DNA of 64,000 bases. Source: Pirellulaceae bacterium (GTDB lineage Bacteria; Planctomycetota; Planctomycetia; Pirellulales; Pirellulaceae). How positions within the stretch are numbered: the stretch's first letter is position 1; each line of letters begins with the position of its first letter. Location of the stretch: contig JANOAI010000229.1 of NCBI GenBank assembly GCA_031411055.1, positions 2,271 through 66,270 of the forward strand. Direction: 5' to 3'. This document shows positions 26,758-37,086 of the stretch, piece by piece. A model generated the notes under the pieces. The model did no database searches, had not been told where the DNA came from, and saw only the letters and a list, made by a program, of their open reading frames with translations. Made by a program: the position numbers and the translations under genes.

Positions 26758-27561
26758 CTATCCTTGTCTCGATCGAAGACCAAGATAACCGAGACGTTGA
26801 TCATCCGACGGTGGACTGAGGATGTGGGTGGTGCTGAGTGCCACCGCTGCAAGGAGTCCGGCTAAAAAACCTCCTACGTGGGCCCACCAAGCAACACCGC
26901 CACCCGTCGCATCGTCACTTGCCCCTTGGAAGACTTGCATCGCAAACCAGATACCCAGAAAAATGGGGGCCGGTACCGAAATCGTTGTGAAGATCATTGG
27001 CAACGGAATCACTGTCTCCACCATCGATCGAGGATAAAGCAAGATGTACGCGCCCATGACACCGGCGATGGCACCGCTGGCTCCAATCGTTGGAACGGTC
27101 GATCCAGGATTCGAAACCAGGTGTGTGAGTCCCGCAACAACTCCTGCGCAGAGGTACATCACGGTGTAGAGAAAGTGACCGAAGCGATCTTCCACGTTAT
27201 CACCAAAAATATGCAAGAACCACATATTGCCTGCAAAATGCATGAAGCCACCATGGAGAAACATGCACGTGATCAAGGTCATCCAGTCCGAAAGTCCAGC
27301 CCTTGGCATAGGTTGTTCGACGAGCTCTTGTTGCATGCCGTACGGCGTTTGAATAACCTCGGCTCGTTGAATCGTGAGGTCTCGTTCTTGACTATCATCG
27401 GCTAAAACTCGAGCCGGAATCATTCCGTACTGTTCGACGATCCTGTTGTCATTGGGGCCGACGGCGGTTTGAGCCGCAAAAGCTGCGGTGCACAAGCCAA
27501 TTAAGGTATACGTTACCCACGGAAATGTACGCGGAGCAATGCTGTCGTGAAGTGGAAACAT
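26758..27561 (-). CDS. rhomboid family intramembrane serine protease
   Basis: 267 aa. Motifs are HGGFMHFAGNMWFL, GASGAIAGVMGAY (GxSG) and WAHVGGFLAGL. Confidence 0.85.
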   Translation of the reverse strand: MFPLHDSIAPRTFPWVTYTLIGLCTAAFAAQTAVGPNDNRIVEQYGMIPARVLADDSQERDLTIQRAEVIQTPYGMQQELVEQPMPRAGLSDWMTLITCMFLHGGFMHFAGNMWFLHIFGDNVEDRFGHFLYTVMYLCAGVVAGLTHLVSNPGSTVPTIGASGAIAGVMGAYILLYPRSMVETVIPLPMIFTTISVPAPIFLGIWFAMQVFQGASDDATGGGVAWWAHVGGFLAGLLAAVALSTTHILSPPSDDQRLGYLGLRSRQG

Positions 27562-27566
27562 GGGAC

Positions 27567-29684
27567 CTAATTCTTGCGTGGCTTGGGAATGCGTTTACCG
27601 GCGCTGGACGAGGAACGTTTACGCTGTCGACCGATACTGCGCCGGTCTTTCTTTGAGTCTTCTTCGTCATCGATCAGTTCACCGATTCGATCGCGACCAT
27701 CGACGATCTTATCTCGCAAGCGTGCGGCCCGTTCAAATTCAAGATTTTGAGCAGCGGCCAGCATCTCTTCTTCGAGACTCTTCAAATAGTCTTCGGTGAT
27801 AACGTTCGAACCGGCCTCACGACGAACCATCTCACGGGCCTTCTGACGAAGGTTCGATGCTGATTGAATACTCTGACGAATATTGCTTTGGACCGTTTGT
27901 GGGGTAATCCCATGAGCTTCGTTATAAGCTTGTTGGATCTTTCGGCGGCGTTCGGTTTCATTCATCGCGCTTTGCATCGAATCGGTAACCCGGTCGGCGT
28001 AGAGCACAACTTTGGAATCGACATTTCTCGCCGCACGTCCAATGGTTTGAATCAATGACGTTTCGCTGCGCAAGAAGCCCTCTTTGTCGGCATCGAGGAT
28101 CGCGACCAGCGAAACTTCCGGCAAGTCTAAACCTTCCCTCAACAAGTTCACGCCGACGATAACATCGCATCGCCCCTCGCGAAGGTCTTGAAGCAATGCA
28201 ACGCGTTCAAAAGCATCTAACTCGCTATGGAGCCAACGGCATCGGACGTCGTGCTCGGTGAAAAAAGTGGCTAGGTCTTCGGCTAAACGTTTGGTTAAAG
28301 CGGTCACCAAAGTGCGATGTCCCATCTTGACTCTCACGCGAATCTCTTCGAGCAAATGCATGACCTGGCCACGGGCAGGTTGGACTTCGATGAGTGGATC
28401 AAGCAGACCAGTCGGCCGAATGACTTGTTCCACGACTTCGCCACCAGCGGCTTTCAATTCGTACTCGGCAGGTGTTGCAGACACAAAAATCGCTTGGCGA
28501 ATCTTGTTTTCCCATTCTTCGAATTGAAGGGGGCGATTGTCCAAGGCGCAAGGTAGTCGAAAGCCGTGTTCGACCAGGGTCGTCTTGCGGCTGCGGTCGC
28601 CAGCATACATGGCCCGAACTTGCGGAATCGTGACGTGGGACTCGTCGATCAACAGCAAAAAATCATCCGGAAAAAATTCATACAACGTATCAGGTGGCTC
28701 GCCCGGCTTTTTTCCCGACAAGGGTCGCGAATAATTTTCGATACCAGGGCAATGACCAACCTCTTGCATCATTTCAAGATCGAACCGAACCCGCGCGTTC
28801 AGCCGCTGAGCTTCAAGAAGTTTCCCTTCATTCTTAAACTTAACGAGCTGATCATCTAATTCTTTGCGGATTTCTTGAATCGCCTTGTGCAGACGTTCTT
28901 CCGACGTAACGAAGTGCTTCGCCGGATAAATATAGATTTCTTGAAGATTGGATAAGCTTTGGCCACTCACCGGATTGATGATGGAAATGCGTTCAATCTC
29001 ATCGCCCCACATTTCGATTCGATAGGCAAATTCTTCATAGCTGGGCCAGATCTCCATCGAATCACCTCGAACGCGGAAACGGCTGCGCTCGAAAGCTACA
29101 TCGTTTCGCTCATACTGAATGTCGATCAATTTGAGCAGGCATTCGTCGCGATCGATGGTCGCTCCAACACGAAAAGGGACCATCATTTTTTTGTAGTCCG
29201 ACGGCGACCCCAAACCGTATATGCACGAGACGCTGGCGACGATGATCACATCGCGACGCGAGACAAGGGCACTTGTGGCCGCTAATCGAAGCCGATCGAT
29301 CTCTTCGTTGATCGAGGCGTCCTTTTCGATGTAAATATCCCGCTGGGGAATGTACGCTTCAGGTTGGTAGTAGTCGTAGTAGCTGACAAAATAGTGAACT
29401 GCATTGCGAGGAAAAAACTCGCGAAACTCGGAATACAACTGGGCTGCCAGCGTCTTGTTGTGGCTCAAAACCAACGTCGGCCGTTGCATCGTTTGAATCA
29501 CATTGGCCATGGTGAAGGTTTTCCCCGAGCCCGTGACTCCCATCAGAACTTGGTTCTTGGTCCCAGATTGAATCCCTTTGACGAGCTTCGAGATCGCTTC
29601 GGGTTGATCACCCGCAGGTTGAAATCGACTGTCCAGTTCAAAGCCAACGGGACCGATGACTTCGGGAATAGCTATATCCCTCAC
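27567..29684 (-). CDS. uvrB: excinuclease ABC subunit B
   Basis: [26 protein letters not shown], helicase motifs, and a C-terminal UVR domain ([11 protein letters not shown]). I place the start at GTG 29684, which has GGAGA upstream and forms GTGA with the comEA-like stop. That gives [19 protein letters not shown]..., in line with E. coli UvrB. The track ATG at 29810 would overlap the upstream gene by 130 nt. Confidence 0.95.
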   Translation of the reverse strand: MRDIAIPEVIGPVGFELDSRFQPAGDQPEAISKLVKGIQSGTKNQVLMGVTGSGKTFTMANVIQTMQRPTLVLSHNKTLAAQLYSEFREFFPRNAVHYFVSYYDYYQPEAYIPQRDIYIEKDASINEEIDRLRLAATSALVSRRDVIIVASVSCIYGLGSPSDYKKMMVPFRVGATIDRDECLLKLIDIQYERNDVAFERSRFRVRGDSMEIWPSYEEFAYRIEMWGDEIERISIINPVSGQSLSNLQEIYIYPAKHFVTSEERLHKAIQEIRKELDDQLVKFKNEGKLLEAQRLNARVRFDLEMMQEVGHCPGIENYSRPLSGKKPGEPPDTLYEFFPDDFLLLIDESHVTIPQVRAMYAGDRSRKTTLVEHGFRLPCALDNRPLQFEEWENKIRQAIFVSATPAEYELKAAGGEVVEQVIRPTGLLDPLIEVQPARGQVMHLLEEIRVRVKMGHRTLVTALTKRLAEDLATFFTEHDVRCRWLHSELDAFERVALLQDLREGRCDVIVGVNLLREGLDLPEVSLVAILDADKEGFLRSETSLIQTIGRAARNVDSKVVLYADRVTDSMQSAMNETERRRKIQQAYNEAHGITPQTVQSNIRQSIQSASNLRQKAREMVRREAGSNVITEDYLKSLEEEMLAAAQNLEFERAARLRDKIVDGRDRIGELIDDEEDSKKDRRSIGRQRKRSSSSAGKRIPKPRKN

Positions 29685-30046
29685 CGCTTCGTCTCCAAGA
29701 GATGAGGGGCTAGCTGACGGGCACGATTGGGACCGACGTGAGGTAGGGCTTCGAGGTCGGCTTCCGTTGTGGGTGTTGAGTAGGTCGACTGCGATCGCGA
29801 TTCGATCCAACTTCGAGCCGTTTTCTCTCCAACGCTTGGAAGCAAACGAAGTTCAGCTTGGCTAGCACTATCTAGATCAAGTGCAAAGTGGGGCGTCGAC
29901 CCTGTCAGAGAAGGCTTTCGAGCAAATGGGGAACTCGTAAGTTGACTGACCGCGATAAAGCCGATGGCAAGCAGGCCCAGCGATACGACGGCACGGCGGC
30001 GCGCGCGGTTCGATCGATTTGGAGGCTGACTGTTGTATGGAAGCAT
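29681..30046 (-). CDS. ComEA-like helix-hairpin-helix DNA-binding protein
   Basis: From ATG 30046 it starts MLPYNSQPP, followed by a TM helix ([14 protein letters not shown]). Next come [29 protein letters not shown] and [20 protein letters not shown], which are two HhH motifs. Confidence 0.7.
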   Translation of the reverse strand: MLPYNSQPPNRSNRARRRAVVSLGLLAIGFIAVSQLTSSPFARKPSLTGSTPHFALDLDSASQAELRLLPSVGEKTARSWIESRSQSTYSTPTTEADLEALPHVGPNRARQLAPHLLETKR

Positions 30047-30250
30047 GCTTTCTCGGATATCCTTGTATTCGGAATTATATCCGATCTGACAAGTTCGTCG
30101 CTCCCATCCACGGTAGTCCACGTAGCTTGTTTTCTTCGGAAACGGTCGATGCCTTCCATTCGCTCACGTCGACGAGCGTCAACCGATGCTCTAAAACGAT
30201 CGGCAATTCTCGTTAGATGGTGATTATTATCACATTCGCCTGAAGTGTTC

Positions 30251-30330
30251 GGAGTTCTTCCGACGTATTTAGAGTTCTAACCACTTGTTTGGAGTTCTTA
30301 CCACTTGTTTGGAGTTCTTGCCACTTAAAA
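30251..30330. repeat. four tandem, exactly phased 20-nt direct repeats
   Basis: The units are ggagttcttccgacgtattt, agagttctaaccacttgttt, ggagttcttaccacttgttt and ggagttcttgccacttaaaa. They are intergenic, about 205 nt upstream of the comEA-like start. Confidence 0.85.
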
Positions 30331-30373
30331 TTACCTGTCCCACCTTTTCTCGCATTGGTCTCTAGACATCTTC

Positions 30374-30395
30374 ACCCTCCCGCTTGCGGGAGGGT
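30374..30395. repeat. ACCCTCCC...GGGAGGGT hairpin (family copy 1)
   Basis: ttcACCCTCCCgcttgcGGGAGGGTaaagg. It lies about 50 nt downstream of the asparaginase-like stop. The same arms recur at 59633 and 59709. Confidence 0.6.
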
Positions 30396-30444
30396 AAAGG
30401 TTGGAATGTTGAAGAAGTGTAGAGACCAGAGCAACTTTTGGCGA

Positions 30445-31476
30445 CTAATTCTGGCTCACGCCGAGCATCACTTCAAAGCGGCCGTTGCTATCGGCTGCAC
30501 CACAGCTCATGCTGGGTGTGTTGTGCTGCAAAACGATTTCGCCTTGATTGGAAAGAGCAATAACGCCTCCGTCGTCGGGTTTCAGCCGATTGCGGATAAC
30601 TTCTGAGACAGCTTCTTCCATGCTTCGCTTTGCGTACTTCATTTGTGCTGAAATATCATAAGCCACACTGTATCGAATGAACTCTTCGCCAATTCCGGTA
30701 CCGGACACAGCACAAGTTTCATTCGATGCATACGTCCCTGCTCCAATGATCGGCGAATCACCTACGCGTCCGTGCAATTTTTTGTTGGTACCACCCGTGC
30801 TCGTTCCGGCCGCAAGATTGCCATGTGTATCTCGGCACACACAACCGACAGTCCCAATCCGGCCGTCACTTGCCGAGACGATGGGGGTGTCGGATTTAAC
30901 TCGAAGCGTATCGGCATCGATCACCGGTTGAACACTCAAGAAGTAGGACGGATCGACCAACGGGACTTTCTGATCGACCGCAAAGGCTTCCGCCCCTTCG
31001 GAAACAAGTAAGACGTGGGTTGTCTTTTCCATCACGAGCCGAGCTAGCGAGATCGGATTTTTGACGTTGGTTACGGCTGCAACTCCTCCACACGTATGCG
31101 TTGCACCATCCATGATGGATGCATCGAGTTCAGCTTTCCCTTCGGCCGTAACGACCGCGCCGCGTCCGGCATTGAACGCTGGATCGTCTTCCAAAACACG
31201 AATCGTCGCTTCGACGGCATCGAGCGATGTTCCACCGTTTGCCAATATCTTTTTGCCCGTTTCAAGTGCCAGGTTCAGACCCGCAAGACGTTTGGCTTTC
31301 TTTTCTTCACTCCAAGTTGCCGCATTGCCACCCGCGCCCCCATGGATTGCGATTGCCCACGTTGGGGGAGGACTGTCATTCGTTTGGGCCATGGAGCGTT
31401 GACTGACGTTCAAGGAATATAAGGAAAGGGCAAAAAGATAAAAAACAGTCGTTGGAGCAAGTTCTAATTTGGTCAT
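30445..31476 (-). CDS. isoaspartyl peptidase / L-asparaginase (Ntn-hydrolase, plant-type asparaginase family)
   Basis: AIAIHGGAG, and GTVGCVCRDTHGNLAAGTSTGG (autoproteolytic Thr region). ATG 31476 gives a signal peptide and avoids overlap with the upstream gene stop at 31542. Confidence 0.85.
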   Translation of the reverse strand: MTKLELAPTTVFYLFALSLYSLNVSQRSMAQTNDSPPPTWAIAIHGGAGGNAATWSEEKKAKRLAGLNLALETGKKILANGGTSLDAVEATIRVLEDDPAFNAGRGAVVTAEGKAELDASIMDGATHTCGGVAAVTNVKNPISLARLVMEKTTHVLLVSEGAEAFAVDQKVPLVDPSYFLSVQPVIDADTLRVKSDTPIVSASDGRIGTVGCVCRDTHGNLAAGTSTGGTNKKLHGRVGDSPIIGAGTYASNETCAVSGTGIGEEFIRYSVAYDISAQMKYAKRSMEEAVSEVIRNRLKPDDGGVIALSNQGEIVLQHNTPSMSCGAADSNGRFEVMLGVSQN

Positions 31477-31541
31477 AGCATACGGTGAGGGTTGACGTTT
31501 CCGAATGAAGCTACCGTCACAGAGCCGACGGGCGGCTTTCG

Positions 31542-33890
31542 TTATATCAGACCCAATCGTTTGCGTAGAAGCCATTCGATGGCCAAAAGTATCACGACGG
31601 GAACGAACCAATAATAGCTTTGCCAAAGAAGAGTCTCGGTTTCGATGATTTTGCCTTGGCTAAAGGGCTGAAGTAAGTCGATCAGATCGGGAAGTTCGCT
31701 TTCGCTTAAATACTTTCCTCCCGTCGATTCCGCCAATCGCTTCAAGGAAACGACGTCCGCCGATTTTTCGTTCAGCTCGACCGAGGGCTTTGCCGACACA
31801 TTGAATTCAGTCTCGATATCAAGCATTTCTCGCGGGACGCCATTCGCGAAAACTTTTACTCGATAGTTTCCGGCGGGGAGATTGGTGGCGGTTCCATTGT
31901 AGATTCCTGGGAGTTCTTGATTCGGCGTGAGGTTGATCACGATCGGCGGTAGGCCATCGCGTGAGATAATCGCTTGCACATCTGCGTCTCTGAGCGGGGT
32001 GGTCCCATTCTTTCGAAGCCGTGATCGAATTTCGATCGGCTCACCCTCCTGATAATTCATGCGGCCAGCATCCAAACTCACAAACTCACTTTCTGCCAGA
32101 TAGGGCGTTCGCATAACCCAACGCGCCATTTGATTCCAAAATCGTTGATGAACTTTATCTGCAACTTTATATCGCCAACGCCATGTTTCGTCGCTCGCTG
32201 AATAGAGGACTCGTCCGGCTCCGTTGAGTCGTGTTGCCAAGAATGGATTGAGAGCTTCCTCGGTGGACGTATCATTTTGGTTTTTCAACATTGCCAAAAC
32301 CTCAGTCCCAAACGTGGAACGTGTTGGTGCGTACCATTGAAGACGCGGCAAAGCTTTCCAACTCTCCACCGCATCGTCTAACTCACTCTCACGTATGTCC
32401 AAGGCAGCCAAACTTCGTCCGATGGATGTAAGGTCGACGAAAGCTAAAGATGTTGGTTTGGCAGACTCCTCAACCGCACTCTTCGATTTCGCTCGATCGA
32501 CTGCTAACCGTTCAACCGGCAGAAGTTGACCAACAATTGTCCGATCCGCCTTTGCCCATTCATCGCGTTGACCATCTACGATAACCAAACCGCCACCCGA
32601 TTCTGCTACAAAGTCAACCAACCACTGTTGCTGTTCATTGGAGAGCAAGTCGAGCGGAAAATCGCCAAGAATGACGAGGTCGAATTTCATCAATTCATCG
32701 CGATCAATTGGAAACTGCGGCTGATTCTCACCGATCGGAAATCTCGGTCCCGTCGCAAGGATGTCGTCGGATTCTGCGATAACTGGGACGATCTCCCAAA
32801 ATGGATCTCGTTCGAAGACGTTTTTCAAATAGCGTGCCTCCCACCGACTTCGACCATCCACCATGAGAATCCGTGATCGATGCAATGCTCCCCACAATCG
32901 AATATCGTAGGGCCTCATCTCGACAATCGAGTCGACAACCTCTCCCGAAATTTGAAATCGAATGGTAAGTGGCACAGCGGAATTTTTTGAGCGTTCTGAA
33001 CTTTCGTCGCTTGTACCGCTTGTCAGTTTCTGAATAAGCGGTTCAATCGGGAAGTTAAACGCGATCGCACGCTGTCCACTTCCTTCCGTGGTAAGACTTT
33101 GCTCCCAGACAAGCTCCTCTCCATGAAAAGCTTGGAGTTGAAAGTTTTTGCCAGCCGGGGTCGAATCGTTGAAAACGACTTTTCCCGCCAGTCGATCTCG
33201 ACGAAACAAGCGATCGGGATGCTCGACCGACTGGATCGAAAGCTCGGGTGGTGAAACGCTCGGGCCAAAGCCAACAGTGAAAATCGTTTGCCCGGTCGTT
33301 TTCTCGTTTGCCGCTTCGATAAAAGTTTGCCCATGGTTGACTTGACCATCCGTGAGCAATACCAACACCGTCGAATCATCCCGATCGACGAATTCACCAA
33401 GTTCTGTCTGAGAATGAAAAGTCTTGACTAACCAGTCGGACGACGACGCAGGGAGTTCCGCGTGTTTTTCCAGAGTTGCGGACCACAATTCGACGGCCTG
33501 GGCTGAACTTGCACGCACGACGCGCATTTCATGATCCTCGGCGAGTTTGGTCAGCAGCTCGGAATCCGAGTTAAGTAAATGATTGATGGCGCGTTGGTAC
33601 CGATTCGATGCTTGCCCGTCCTTGAGAGTCATGCTCTCAGAATCATCGATGACGATCGTTAGCTTTCCAGGCGTTCCTTCGCGTTTCCGATGCTGTAAGG
33701 CGGGTTCGGTTAGCATGAATACGACCAGCGCCACGGCAATCGCTCGCAGCCAGGGAAGTAACCTCGCCGACCGACGCTCAGATTGCGAAACCTCTCGTCG
33801 GTAGAGATAAAAGCATAGCGTACCCGCGACGATCGCCAGGATGATGGCAAGCCATAGTGAAAGCTGGCCAAGTAGTTGAAACCTCGTCAC
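31542..33890 (-). CDS. membrane-anchored VWA-like protein (BatB-like member of the MoxR operon)
   Basis: N-terminal TM helices, a MIDAS-like LTIVIDDSESM, and a C-terminal TM helix. I place the start at GTG 33890, which forms GTGA with the upstream stop. Confidence 0.6.
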   Translation of the reverse strand: MTRFQLLGQLSLWLAIILAIVAGTLCFYLYRREVSQSERRSARLLPWLRAIAVALVVFMLTEPALQHRKREGTPGKLTIVIDDSESMTLKDGQASNRYQRAINHLLNSDSELLTKLAEDHEMRVVRASSAQAVELWSATLEKHAELPASSSDWLVKTFHSQTELGEFVDRDDSTVLVLLTDGQVNHGQTFIEAANEKTTGQTIFTVGFGPSVSPPELSIQSVEHPDRLFRRDRLAGKVVFNDSTPAGKNFQLQAFHGEELVWEQSLTTEGSGQRAIAFNFPIEPLIQKLTSGTSDESSERSKNSAVPLTIRFQISGEVVDSIVEMRPYDIRLWGALHRSRILMVDGRSRWEARYLKNVFERDPFWEIVPVIAESDDILATGPRFPIGENQPQFPIDRDELMKFDLVILGDFPLDLLSNEQQQWLVDFVAESGGGLVIVDGQRDEWAKADRTIVGQLLPVERLAVDRAKSKSAVEESAKPTSLAFVDLTSIGRSLAALDIRESELDDAVESWKALPRLQWYAPTRSTFGTEVLAMLKNQNDTSTEEALNPFLATRLNGAGRVLYSASDETWRWRYKVADKVHQRFWNQMARWVMRTPYLAESEFVSLDAGRMNYQEGEPIEIRSRLRKNGTTPLRDADVQAIISRDGLPPIVINLTPNQELPGIYNGTATNLPAGNYRVKVFANGVPREMLDIETEFNVSAKPSVELNEKSADVVSLKRLAESTGGKYLSESELPDLIDLLQPFSQGKIIETETLLWQSYYWFVPVVILLAIEWLLRKRLGLI

Positions 33891-36184
33891 GTTTTTGCTC
33901 CCACAAACTGTCGCTGTAGTAGCAGTTCGGCGAACAACAAGATAAGTAGAGAGCCTAACACCCACCGCCAGATCTCACGACCTATGGAGTCACCAAGTTT
34001 TTCGTACTCTTGGACGCTGCCCACGAGCTTGGCATTGAATTGGTCGGCCAAAGCTTGAAGTTCGGGCTGTGATTCGAGCGTAAGATTCGATTCGGCCAAG
34101 GGTGATTGCGCAGAAACATAGATTGGCGATTCGATCGCATTATCAATCGCATAAAAGCCGGGGTGACTCGCTACAATGGCTCGTTCGATGGAGCCGGATT
34201 CGATTGAGCCTGAGGCGCTAGCCGATCCTGTTTTAAATAAATCGGCTAGCGCCTCAGGCTCATTAATCGCTGATGAATCCACCAGAGGGAGGCCGCTTCT
34301 AAATCGCGATCCTTCCGTTTTGTTCTGACTCGGGTTGGCCTCCTGAGCTTTTCCATCCACCAACCAGTCGATCAGAGATTGGGGCGGAAGATTGAGTGTT
34401 TGGCCCGTCTCCACATTCGACGCCCACCGATCAGCCGGTGTTTGGCTAATCAGTAGCTGCTGAATCATTGGTAAATAGACTGGACGCATTGGCCAATTGG
34501 TCCAGCGATCATCGCAAGTCGTGGTGCATAAAAGTATTGCACCGGAACCGAGTTTCTGTTCAATCAAAAATGGATCACCGTTGTTGAGGCTTAGCAATCG
34601 ATTGATCGACTTTGTCGAGGCAGCTATCGAACTGGAATACCATTGCGTTACTTCGAGCGAATCCAAACCACTCAATCGCGAGTCGTTCAAAAAACGAAAA
34701 GCGGGATGCTGGTTGATTTCTCGCCGTAGTTTCTGACCGGCACCCTTGGTCGAACTGATCGTCGGTTTATCATTGAGTTTGAAATCGGAATCGGTAAATA
34801 GATGGTCGTTGTACCATTCGGGTAAAAACCTCTCCCCAGCAAAGGCGAACAAGATTCCACCCTCCTGGATGCGAGCCATCATCAACCTCGTCGTCGCCTC
34901 AGGAAGTTTCGGTACGTCGCACAGAATAATGATTCGGGCTTTTAGGATGGACTCGGGCGTGAGCTTGTCTGGGCTGATTCGAATTACGTCAAACAGATCT
35001 TCCTTGAGGTTTGCATCGCCGGTGAACGGAGCTAGCGCGATCTGCAAGAAATCGGAACTCGCTCGATCGTCACTGTTGTCAAGTGTTGGATCAACGATCA
35101 AGACGGGAATCGCACCCATCGTCAAAACCGACCAGCTCGTCTCATTGTCCGTCGTCAAATCGTCGGCGACTTCTATTCGAGCCACGATTCGTCGTGCGCC
35201 CGATTCCGGAAAGGTAAGGTTGAAAACGGCCTGGCTTTCCGCCTGAGCGGGGATGGCCAAGGTTTTTGAAATCATCGGCACGTCATCCACTACCAAAACG
35301 AGCTTTATCGCTTCAGCGTCTTTCGAGCTGAAGTTTTTAACGACGGCACGAACTTCCCATGGTTGATTCACGCCCGCTACGGACCGTGTTTGTGGATCGA
35401 TATGGACGGCAAAATTATTTACCGGCGCCGCCCGATTCTTGGACTCCACCGCTTGCAAGAAAATGATCGTCGGCGGCTTTTCGGATTGGTCGAGACGTTC
35501 GCGGAACGCTTTGATTCGGTTTGTATCAAGACTTTGACAGAGCGTTTTCTGAAAGTCCGAAACAACGACGATGCGCGAGTTTGGCTCCGTTTCTGACTCC
35601 AGGTCACTGACCGCCTGATCGATTTCATCCATCAAATTGCCGGGACCTGCGCCTTTGGGCATACGCTTCATCGATTCGGCGATGACACTTCGGTCACGCG
35701 TAAAGACACGTCCCGATGATTCTCCGGACGGATTCGATAGAGCCTGAACAGACCAACGCGTTTGTCGAGAAGTATTGCGGACTAGACTCGAAATTTGCTC
35801 GAGGGCATGATCGATTGTGGTCATCTCCTTCTTGCCAGACACAATCCGAGTAGTATCCATCGACAGGCTATTGTCGAGAATGACGGTAGTCAATTTCGGA
35901 TGACCATCGCCCAGGATGGCATTGGACATGCGATTCGAAATCAACGGTCGAGCCATGCACAACGCAAGCAAAATCGGGATCGCACATCGAATAAGTAGCA
36001 GCAACAGACTCTGCCATTCGATGCGACGTGTTTGAATTCGACGGAGATCGTCAAGGAAGAACATCGCACCCCATTCAAGCGTTGTATAACGCGTGCGATG
36101 CAACAGATGAATAATCAGCGGAATGGCAAACGCAGCTGCTCCGAAAAGAAGCGAGGCATTCAGAAACGTCGGCCAGGCAAACAC
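33887..36184 (-). CDS. BatA-like protein (aerotolerance-regulator N-terminal domain + VWA-like)
   Basis: The N-terminus FAWPTFLNASLLFGAAAFAIPLIIHLLHR is the BatA_N signature. It has a MIDAS-like VILDNSLSM and a C-terminal TM helix. The GTG start overlaps the DUF58 stop by 1 nt. Confidence 0.7.
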   Translation of the reverse strand: MFAWPTFLNASLLFGAAAFAIPLIIHLLHRTRYTTLEWGAMFFLDDLRRIQTRRIEWQSLLLLLIRCAIPILLALCMARPLISNRMSNAILGDGHPKLTTVILDNSLSMDTTRIVSGKKEMTTIDHALEQISSLVRNTSRQTRWSVQALSNPSGESSGRVFTRDRSVIAESMKRMPKGAGPGNLMDEIDQAVSDLESETEPNSRIVVVSDFQKTLCQSLDTNRIKAFRERLDQSEKPPTIIFLQAVESKNRAAPVNNFAVHIDPQTRSVAGVNQPWEVRAVVKNFSSKDAEAIKLVLVVDDVPMISKTLAIPAQAESQAVFNLTFPESGARRIVARIEVADDLTTDNETSWSVLTMGAIPVLIVDPTLDNSDDRASSDFLQIALAPFTGDANLKEDLFDVIRISPDKLTPESILKARIIILCDVPKLPEATTRLMMARIQEGGILFAFAGERFLPEWYNDHLFTDSDFKLNDKPTISSTKGAGQKLRREINQHPAFRFLNDSRLSGLDSLEVTQWYSSSIAASTKSINRLLSLNNGDPFLIEQKLGSGAILLCTTTCDDRWTNWPMRPVYLPMIQQLLISQTPADRWASNVETGQTLNLPPQSLIDWLVDGKAQEANPSQNKTEGSRFRSGLPLVDSSAINEPEALADLFKTGSASASGSIESGSIERAIVASHPGFYAIDNAIESPIYVSAQSPLAESNLTLESQPELQALADQFNAKLVGSVQEYEKLGDSIGREIWRWVLGSLLILLFAELLLQRQFVGAKT

Positions 36185-37086
36185 TATCGGTCTCCTCGAG
36201 AAGCGAGATAAGCCGACAAAATTTCAGCGTGAGGCTGATCCGTTATACAAGGGACCAAGTCGATTCGGTTTTTAGCTGCCAATCGTTCCCAATCCGCTCG
36301 AAATTTCTGCACCCGTTCGAGATAGGCTTTGCGAATTGACGCAGGATCGACAATCTTGCGTTGGCCAGGTCGCTCAAGATCGATCAGCTCCATTCTTCGT
36401 CGAAAGGGAAACTCGAGTTCATCGCGATTCCAAATCTGAAAGACCACGACTTCGCTTCGATCAACTCGGAAGTAGCTCAAGGCTTTAGCCAGTGGTTCAA
36501 CTTGATCAAAGCAATCGGAAATCAGAATGACCATTCCTCGACTTCGAATGCGAGGAGCGACCGTATCGAGAACTTGGCTTAAATTCGTATCCGTTCCGCA
36601 GCTTGATGACGACAACGCATGCATCAGCAATTGCAAATGTCCCGGATTCGATCGAGGTGGAGTAAACGAACGGAGCTCGGAATCCACTAAGCCTAAGCCA
36701 ACGGCATCTCGTTGCGAGATCAAGAGGTACGCAAGTGAAGCAGCGAGCTTGATCGCGTATTCGTGTTTTGAAATGGCAGCCTTATCGGTCCCTCGATATG
36801 CCATGGAACCGCTTTGATCGACAAGCATCGTACAACGGAGATTGGTTTCCTCTTCGAATTGACGAATGAAGAGTCGATCCGTCTTTCCGTAAAGTTTCCA
36901 ATCAATGCTTCGGGTCTCATCGCCTTGAACGTAAGGACGATGTTCCTTAAATTCCGCGCTAAAACCTTTATGCGGCGAACGATGAAGACCGACCGTGATA
37001 CCGTCGACAACGTTGCGGGCGAATAGCTGCAGATGCGAGACCCGATCACGCTCGTCGGCATCCAAAATCGGCTTGACAGACATCAC
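36184..37086 (-). CDS. DUF58 domain protein
   Basis: 300 aa with [30 protein letters not shown], typical of DUF58. It lies immediately downstream of MoxR with overlapping start/stop. Confidence 0.8.
   Translation of the reverse strand: MMSVKPILDADERDRVSHLQLFARNVVDGITVGLHRSPHKGFSAEFKEHRPYVQGDETRSIDWKLYGKTDRLFIRQFEEETNLRCTMLVDQSGSMAYRGTDKAAISKHEYAIKLAASLAYLLISQRDAVGLGLVDSELRSFTPPRSNPGHLQLLMHALSSSSCGTDTNLSQVLDTVAPRIRSRGMVILISDCFDQVEPLAKALSYFRVDRSEVVVFQIWNRDELEFPFRRRMELIDLERPGQRKIVDPASIRKAYLERVQKFRADWERLAAKNRIDLVPCITDQPHAEILSAYLASRGDR

Noticed and set aside
30251-30330. CRISPR array.
   Set aside because: The four repeats are contiguous with no spacers, the units are only 20 nt, and there are no cas genes in the window.
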